From: an uncultured Bacteroidales bacterium
GTDB lineage: Bacteria; Bacteroidota; Bacteroidia; Bacteroidales; UBA932
NCBI GenBank assembly: GCA_905234795.1
Contig: CAJOIQ010000004.1
Coordinates: forward strand, 1,582-65,581
Reading direction: 5' to 3'
Length of the DNA: 64,000 bases
Part shown: positions 58,375-64,000 of the stretch, one piece after another
Layout: each line of letters opens with the position of its first letter
How positions within the stretch are numbered: position 1 is the stretch's first letter
Translations under genes and position numbers: made by a program
The notes under the pieces: generated by a model
Databases searched by the model: none
What the model was told of the DNA's origin: nothing
The model's input: only the letters and a program-made list of their open reading frames with translations

Positions 58375-61300
58375 CTATTTTTGCGCGCGAGCCTTGCGTT
58401 TCTGCCGGTGCTCCGTAAATCCGCAATAAAGAACCGGAATGAGCACCAGGGTAATCAAAGTGGAGATAGACAAACCCCAGGCAACGGTGATACCCAGGCC
58501 GCGCCACATCTCGGAGCCTTCGCCCTGACCCAGGGCCATGGGCAGCATGCCCAGCACGGTGGTGAGGGTGGTCATGAGGATAGGACGCAGACGGCTCTTG
58601 GCAGCCACCACGGAGGCGTCACGCACGCTGTAGCCGCGTTCCTGCAACAGGATGGTATAGTCGATGAGCACGATACCGTTTTTCACCACAATACCCAGCA
58701 GGATGATAATACCCACCATGCCCATCATGCCGATGGCCATGTTGTTCACCAGGTTGCCCAGGGCAATGCCCGTGAAGGCAAACGGGATGGAGAACATGAT
58801 GACGAACGGGCCCATCAAACTCTCGAACTGGGAGGCCATCACCATGTACACCAGGATCACGATGAGCGCCACCAGCAGCAGCAGGGAACCGAACATCTCC
58901 TGCTGTTCCTCGTAGTCACCGGCGATGGCGTAGGAAAGCTCGGCGGGGAGAGGTTCGGCCGCCATCATCTCTTCGATGACCTCAACGGCCTCCGACAAAG
59001 CGGTACCCCGTTTAACCATACCTGTGGCCGATATGTAACGCTCACGGTTCTTGCGCTGGATGGTGGGCGGAACCTTGGATTCCACAATGCGGCCCAGGTC
59101 TCGCACTTTGATGCCCTGCCCGGCGGCATTGTACACCACGATGTTCTCGATGTCGTCCATGCTCTGGCGGAACTCCGGGGCATAGCGCACGCGGATGTTG
59201 TACTCGTCACCGTCTTCCCGGAAGAAAGAGCCCACGGAACCGCTCATGGCGGCGGAAACGGCCGCGGCGGCGGTGGTGGAAGTGAGCCCGTTGAGGGCCA
59301 GTTTCTCACGGTCGAAGTCCACTTCATATTCGGGCGTATAGTCGTCTCGGCCCAGCATTACCTGGGTGAACTTGCCGCTCTCCAGCATCTGTTCCCGGTA
59401 CATCTTGGCGGCCCGCTCGGTTTCCTCGAAGTCGTAGCCATAGATTTCCAGGACCACGCGGGAAGCGCCGCCCATACCCATGCCGCCTTCCGTCACGTTG
59501 AACTTCTTCAGTTCCGGGAACATGCGGAGGTCGGCACGCACCACATCGGCAATCTCCGACGTTGTGCGGAAGGGAATGCCCTTTTCGGCCTGCAGCGCCT
59601 TACGCTCCGTGGCCGTGTGCACGTTGATATTGTAGGAGATGATGTAGGTGCCGTTGGAACGCATGTTGGCGAAGGTGTTGTTGGCATCGGCCTGGCCGAA
59701 GTTGTAGCTGAGCACCTTGATTTCGGGCACATCCTGCCGGATTTGGGCATAGATGGCCGCCGCCACTTCTCGCGTGACGTCCTGCGCCGTGCCGATGGGA
59801 AGTTCGGCCGATACCGTCACACGGCCCTGGTCCTGCGTGGGGAAGAACTCCGTCTTCATCTTGGGACCATAGATGCCCAGCACCGCCGCAAAGATGACCA
59901 GCGCAGCCAGCAGGATGAGCTTCTTGTGCCGCATGCACCAGGCAATCATGCGGCTGTATCCGGCCGACAGGCCGTCCAGGAATGCGTTCACGGGCTTGAA
60001 CAGAATCTCATGGAAGCGGGAAGAGGAACCACCGCGGCCCAGCAGCTGCGAGCACATCATGGGCACTAGCGTAAGGGCTGCCGTGGTGGACACAATCATG
60101 ATGATGGACACAATCCAGCCCAGCTGCTTGAACATGATACCGGTCATGCCGTTGATCATGGTGAGCGGCAGGAACACGCACAGCATGGTGAGCGTGGAGG
60201 CTATGACGGAGATACCTACCTCGGCCGTTCCGTGTACGGCGGCCTCCTTGGGCTTCTCTCCCCTTTCGATATGGGAGGTCACGTTCTCCAGCACCACGAT
60301 GGCGTCGTCCACCACCATACCCACGGCAATGGCCAGGGCGCTCATGGAGATGATGTTCAGGGTGTTACCCGTAAAGTACAGGTACATGAGGGAGGCCAGC
60401 AGGGCCATGGGGATGGACAGCACCACAATGAAGGTACCCTTCCATCGGCCCAGGAAAAGGAACACCACCAGCATCACCACCAGGAAGGTGATGAGGATGG
60501 TCTCCAGCAGGGAGCGGATGGTGTTGAGGATGTTGCGGGAAGAGTCCACCACCGTGGTGATCTTGATATCCGAGGGCAGGTTGTGTTCCAGCGTGGCCAG
60601 GGTTTTCTTCACCTGCTTGATGACGTTCACCGTATTGTAGCCGGACTGCTTCTGGATAATGATCTGGGCGCCGCGGGTACCGTTGGTGTAGGACTCCTGG
60701 GATTTTTCCTCCAGGCCGTCCTCCACGCGGGCCACATCCCGCAGATAGACGGCCGAACCGTTGCGGTTGCCCACAACGATGTCCAGCAGTTCCTGCGGAT
60801 CCTCGAATTCCTTCTTGATGCGCAGGGAATAGGTGCTGGAGCCGATGTCGATGCTGCCGGAAGGCACATTGCGGTTCTCGGCGGCAATAATGCTGGAAAG
60901 GGAGCTGATGCTGAGGCCGTAGGCTTCCAGCTTGGCGGGGTCGCAGTACACCTTGATTTCACGGTTGGGAGCGCCGGTCACCGACACCGTACCCACACCG
61001 GAAACGCGGGCCAGCGGCGTGGCCACGCGGTCGTCCAGGATTTTGTTCAGGGCCGATACGCTTTGGTCGGCGGTGCAGGCCAGGATCATGATGGGCATGT
61101 CGTCGGCGCTGAACTTGAAGATGGTGGGATTGGAGGCGCCGTCGGGCAGGGAGGACTTGATCATGTCCAGCTTGTCACGGACGTCGTTGGTTGCCACCTC
61201 GATGTCGATACCGTACTGGAATTCCAGCGTGAGCATGGACACGTTCTCACGGGAGGAGGAGCTCACGTTCTTGAGGTTGGCCACGGAGTTGAGGGAGTTC

Positions 61301-61503
61301 TCCAGCAGCTTGGTAAGGTTGGTCTCCACGTCTTCGGCCGATGCCCCGGGATAGGAGCTCATCACCATGATGGTGTTGGATTCCATGTCGGGGTAGTTGT
61401 CCACCGGCAGCTGCACCAGGGCGAAAACGCCCAGGATGGCAAACGCCAGGAACACCAGGGCCGTGGTGACGGGTTTTTTGACGGCTGTTCTGTAGATGCT
61501 CAT
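58375..61503 (-). CDS. RND efflux permease (AcrB/AcrD/AcrF family)
   Basis: AVKKPVT, GMVVDDAIVVLENV, GIVVKNGIVLIDY and RLRPILMTT motifs; 1042 aa. Confidence 0.95.
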   Translation of the reverse strand: MSIYRTAVKKPVTTALVFLAFAILGVFALVQLPVDNYPDMESNTIMVMSSYPGASAEDVETNLTKLLENSLNSVANLKNVSSSSRENVSMLTLEFQYGIDIEVATNDVRDKLDMIKSSLPDGASNPTIFKFSADDMPIMILACTADQSVSALNKILDDRVATPLARVSGVGTVSVTGAPNREIKVYCDPAKLEAYGLSISSLSSIIAAENRNVPSGSIDIGSSTYSLRIKKEFEDPQELLDIVVGNRNGSAVYLRDVARVEDGLEEKSQESYTNGTRGAQIIIQKQSGYNTVNVIKQVKKTLATLEHNLPSDIKITTVVDSSRNILNTIRSLLETILITFLVVMLVVFLFLGRWKGTFIVVLSIPMALLASLMYLYFTGNTLNIISMSALAIAVGMVVDDAIVVLENVTSHIERGEKPKEAAVHGTAEVGISVIASTLTMLCVFLPLTMINGMTGIMFKQLGWIVSIIMIVSTTAALTLVPMMCSQLLGRGGSSSRFHEILFKPVNAFLDGLSAGYSRMIAWCMRHKKLILLAALVIFAAVLGIYGPKMKTEFFPTQDQGRVTVSAELPIGTAQDVTREVAAAIYAQIRQDVPEIKVLSYNFGQADANNTFANMRSNGTYIISYNINVHTATERKALQAEKGIPFRTTSEIADVVRADLRMFPELKKFNVTEGGMGMGGASRVVLEIYGYDFEETERAAKMYREQMLESGKFTQVMLGRDDYTPEYEVDFDREKLALNGLTSTTAAAAVSAAMSGSVGSFFREDGDEYNIRVRYAPEFRQSMDDIENIVVYNAAGQGIKVRDLGRIVESKVPPTIQRKNRERYISATGMVKRGTALSEAVEVIEEMMAAEPLPAELSYAIAGDYEEQQEMFGSLLLLVALIVILVYMVMASQFESLMGPFVIMFSIPFAFTGIALGNLVNNMAIGMMGMVGIIILLGIVVKNGIVLIDYTILLQERGYSVRDASVVAAKSRLRPILMTTLTTVLGMLPMALGQGEGSEMWRGLGITVAWGLSISTLITLVLIPVLYCGFTEHRQKRKARAQK

Positions 61504-61512
61504 GGCCGCTGA

Positions 61513-62532
61513 TTACTTAAGTACGTTCACTTTTATGCCGTCCTTGAGAGTGGACTGGCCCTTGAGCACCACCTGGGCACCTTCGGCAAGGCCCCCGGTG
61601 ATTTCATATTCGCTGCCGATATGACGGCCCAGCGTCACGGGGACGAAGCTCACGGTTTCGTCGGTGTTGAGGACATAGACGAAGCGCTGGCCGGTGCCTT
61701 CCATGCGCACCACGGCCTGGTCCGGCAGCACCACATTGTGCTGGCTGCCGAAGTTCACCGTCACGCGGGCATACATGCCGGGACGGAGGACTTTGTCCGT
61801 GTTGGGCACGTTCACTTCCACTTTGAAAGTGTGGGTGGCTGCATCCACGGTGGGATACAGGCGCTCGATCTTACCGGCAAAGCTGCGGCCGGGGAGGGCA
61901 TCCACGGTGAGGGTCACTTTGTCCCCCTTCTTCACCTTGGTGTATTCGCTCTCGCTGATACCCACCAGCAGCTTCACGGGAACCACCTGTTGCACCACGA
62001 AGAGCGGGGCGCTCATGGAGAACATGTCTCCGCTGTCAAAGTTGCGGGCGGTGATAAAACCGCTGATAGGGCTGCGCAGGATGGTGTTTTCCTTGATATT
62101 CTCATAATTGGTCTTGCGCACCTTGTAACCCAGTTCGGCAGTCTCGAAGTCACTCTGGGACACGCCGCCTTCCTTGTACAGGCTCTTGAGGCGTTCGTAC
62201 TCCAGTTCGTCGTTCTGGATCTGGAGTTCCAGCTGGGCCAGCTGCATGCGGTCCATCTCGGCCAGTACCTGGCCTTTCTGCACATAGTCTCCCACCTCCA
62301 CGTTGATCTTGCGGATGCGGCTGCCCTGCTGGGGCATGATGTTGTTCACGGCATAGGCCTGGATGGTGGAGGCGTAGGTGCTTTCCTGGGGAACGTCGCG
62401 GGCTACAGCCTGGGTAACTTCCACATTGGGCGTTGTGGCTGCGGGTGCGGCAGGGCCGTTGTTGGAGTTGTTGCTGCCGCAGGATACGGCAGCGAGGGCC
62501 AGTGCGGCGATGAAGAAGGATTGGATTCTCAT
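61513..62532 (-). CDS. RND efflux periplasmic adaptor (lipoprotein)
   Basis: Lipobox AVSC; VEVGDYVQKGQVLA, RSPISG and LRPGMYA motifs. Confidence 0.93.
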   Translation of the reverse strand: MRIQSFFIAALALAAVSCGSNNSNNGPAAPAATTPNVEVTQAVARDVPQESTYASTIQAYAVNNIMPQQGSRIRKINVEVGDYVQKGQVLAEMDRMQLAQLELQIQNDELEYERLKSLYKEGGVSQSDFETAELGYKVRKTNYENIKENTILRSPISGFITARNFDSGDMFSMSAPLFVVQQVVPVKLLVGISESEYTKVKKGDKVTLTVDALPGRSFAGKIERLYPTVDAATHTFKVEVNVPNTDKVLRPGMYARVTVNFGSQHNVVLPDQAVVRMEGTGQRFVYVLNTDETVSFVPVTLGRHIGSEYEITGGLAEGAQVVLKGQSTLKDGIKVNVLK

Positions 62533-62539
62533 ATATCGT

Positions 62540-64000
62540 TTATTTTTCTTCGGTGAAATCGTAGCCCAGGGTCTGTTCCAGGCCGGCCTTGGCCACTACA
62601 AAATTGTATACGGCCTGCGCCACCTGCAAACGGGTTTGGGTAAGGGTGAGCTCCGTATTGTTGAGGTCTGTAAGCGTGCTCTTGCCCACCTGATAGCTCT
62701 TGGAGGCAATGTCATAGGCTTTCTCGGCGCTCTTGAGGGCTTCCTTGGCGGCGTCGTAGGTTTTCATGGACGTGTCCATGGTGGAAAGGCTCTGACGGAT
62801 GCCAATTCGCAGCTGGCGCTCGGCATTCTCCCGCTGGAGGGCCAGTTCATCGGCCTGCACACGGGTTTGCTTGATGGCATGGTAGCGCTGGCCGCCGGAG
62901 AAGATGGGGATGCTCAGGCTGAACACCAGGGTGCTGGAGGGCAGCCATTTCCACTGGCTCAGGTTGAACTTGTCGCTCTGTGTATAATAGTTGTAGGAGA
63001 TTTGCATGGACAGGGACGGGAGGTATGCATACTGCTGCATACGGATCTGTTTGGCCAGCATCTCGGCCTGGGAGGCCAGCTGGCGCAGCTGGGAGTTGCG
63101 GTCCAGGGAGGCTTCTTCCCCTTCGTTCAGGTCATAGAACATGTGCTGGGCATAGTCTTCCAGCGTGCCCTGCACATCCACGGCGCGGTCCAGGTCCACA
63201 CCCATCACGGCCTTCAGCTGCCACAGGGAAAGGTAAATGGCGTTCTCGGCATTATACAGGTTGGGGATGGCGGCGGCCAGGGAGCTCTGGGCCCGGGCCA
63301 TTTCCAGTTCCGAAGCTCTGGCGGCCTTGTAACGGGTTTCCGTGAGCTTGTAGTTCTGCACCGCATTCTCGTACACGGCGTTGTATACGTCGTAGGAGGC
63401 TTTGGCCATGAGCACGGCAAAATAGGCCTGCTTCACGCTGGCCACGGTACCCAGACGGGATTCGCGGGCCTGCTCCACAGCCAGTTCCACCTGGTCTCCG
63501 GTAATGCGCAGGCTCTGCCACAGCTGGAAGTTCACCACCGGCATGCTGGCGCTCAGGCCCAGGGTCACCTGATGGGTTCGGCCCATCTCAATGGCGCCGT
63601 CCCCGGAAGAGGAAGACCCGCCGCTGCCGGGAGTGGTGGGAGCCACATAAGGGACGAAGGGCGTTCCGGTCACCGTATACAGCTGCTGGATGTAGTACAT
63701 GATGGGCTCCAGCATGGAGGCGTACATGGCAGCCATACCTCCGCTGGAGGATGATCCGCTGCTGCTGTCGTCGGAGTCCGATCCGAAGTACACCTTCTGT
63801 TTCTTGATGGCGTAATTATAGGCCCCGGTGGCGTTGATCTGCGGGAAAAGCTGGCCGTAGGAGCCCTTCTGCGCATACTTCATGCGCTGGATTTCCATAT
63901 CGGCCACCTTCACGGACGTATTCTCCGAAAGGGCTATCTTGAGGGCGTCGTCCAGGCTGAGCACAATGGTGCTGTCCGTTGCCGGACGCTCCTCCCCCAT
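62540..64000 (-). CDS. TolC family outer membrane protein (5' end lies outside the window)
   Basis: LSLDDALKIAL, two OEP repeats, LPSLS and LSIPIFSG motifs. Confidence 0.9.
   Translation of the reverse strand: MGEERPATDSTIVLSLDDALKIALSENTSVKVADMEIQRMKYAQKGSYGQLFPQINATGAYNYAIKKQKVYFGSDSDDSSSGSSSSGGMAAMYASMLEPIMYYIQQLYTVTGTPFVPYVAPTTPGSGGSSSSGDGAIEMGRTHQVTLGLSASMPVVNFQLWQSLRITGDQVELAVEQARESRLGTVASVKQAYFAVLMAKASYDVYNAVYENAVQNYKLTETRYKAARASELEMARAQSSLAAAIPNLYNAENAIYLSLWQLKAVMGVDLDRAVDVQGTLEDYAQHMFYDLNEGEEASLDRNSQLRQLASQAEMLAKQIRMQQYAYLPSLSMQISYNYYTQSDKFNLSQWKWLPSSTLVFSLSIPIFSGGQRYHAIKQTRVQADELALQRENAERQLRIGIRQSLSTMDTSMKTYDAAKEALKSAEKAYDIASKSYQVGKSTLTDLNNTELTLTQTRLQVAQAVYNFVVAKAGLEQTLGYDFTEEK

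Noticed and set aside
63560-63800. Ser/Gly-rich low-complexity stretches in the TolC gene
   Set aside because: They are flexible linkers around a long loop; no exact tandem DNA repeat or phase-variation tract is visible.

Overview
A 64-kb chromosomal window from a high-GC (roughly 58-60%) Bacteroidota bacterium, probably Bacteroidales. The taxonomic call rests on TAnnTTTG promoter elements, the rseC-rnfBCDGEA and holB-ricT-gldH gene orders, and Bacteroidota-style efflux operons. Most of the window is housekeeping or transport: dxs (partial), two MFS transporters, a MacAB-TolC-type ABC exporter, U32 and S41 peptidases, two polyprenyl synthases, rdgB, recO, rnr, a GH2 beta-galactosidase, a polysaccharide export pair, tRNA-Arg(UCU), nhaC, dcu, Rnf, dnaB, trmB, trxA and an RND efflux operon. 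The unusual part is 51414-57800, a 6.4-kb segment bracketed by ~140-bp inverted BIME-like repeats. These are built from 51-nt units with 12-nt arms and constant 27-nt spacers. The segment contains a REP-associated HUH/Y1 transposase (RAYT-like) with a repeat unit abutting its stop codon. It also carries a two-gene R-M-like module (EcoRI-family adenine MTase plus DUF262-HNH nuclease). The MTase is a GC mosaic that switches at its NPPF motif, and it is preceded by a structured leader with a uORF, a terminator and two sites competing for one antisense segment. The window also holds several small palindromic repeat families. Two copies sit in frame inside proteins (an MFS loop and TrmB) and one supplies the GldH start codon. 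A LacI-type HTH gene appears to start at ACG, and the tRNA 3' end is duplicated like an att scar. All product calls come from motif recognition by eye; no database searches were run.
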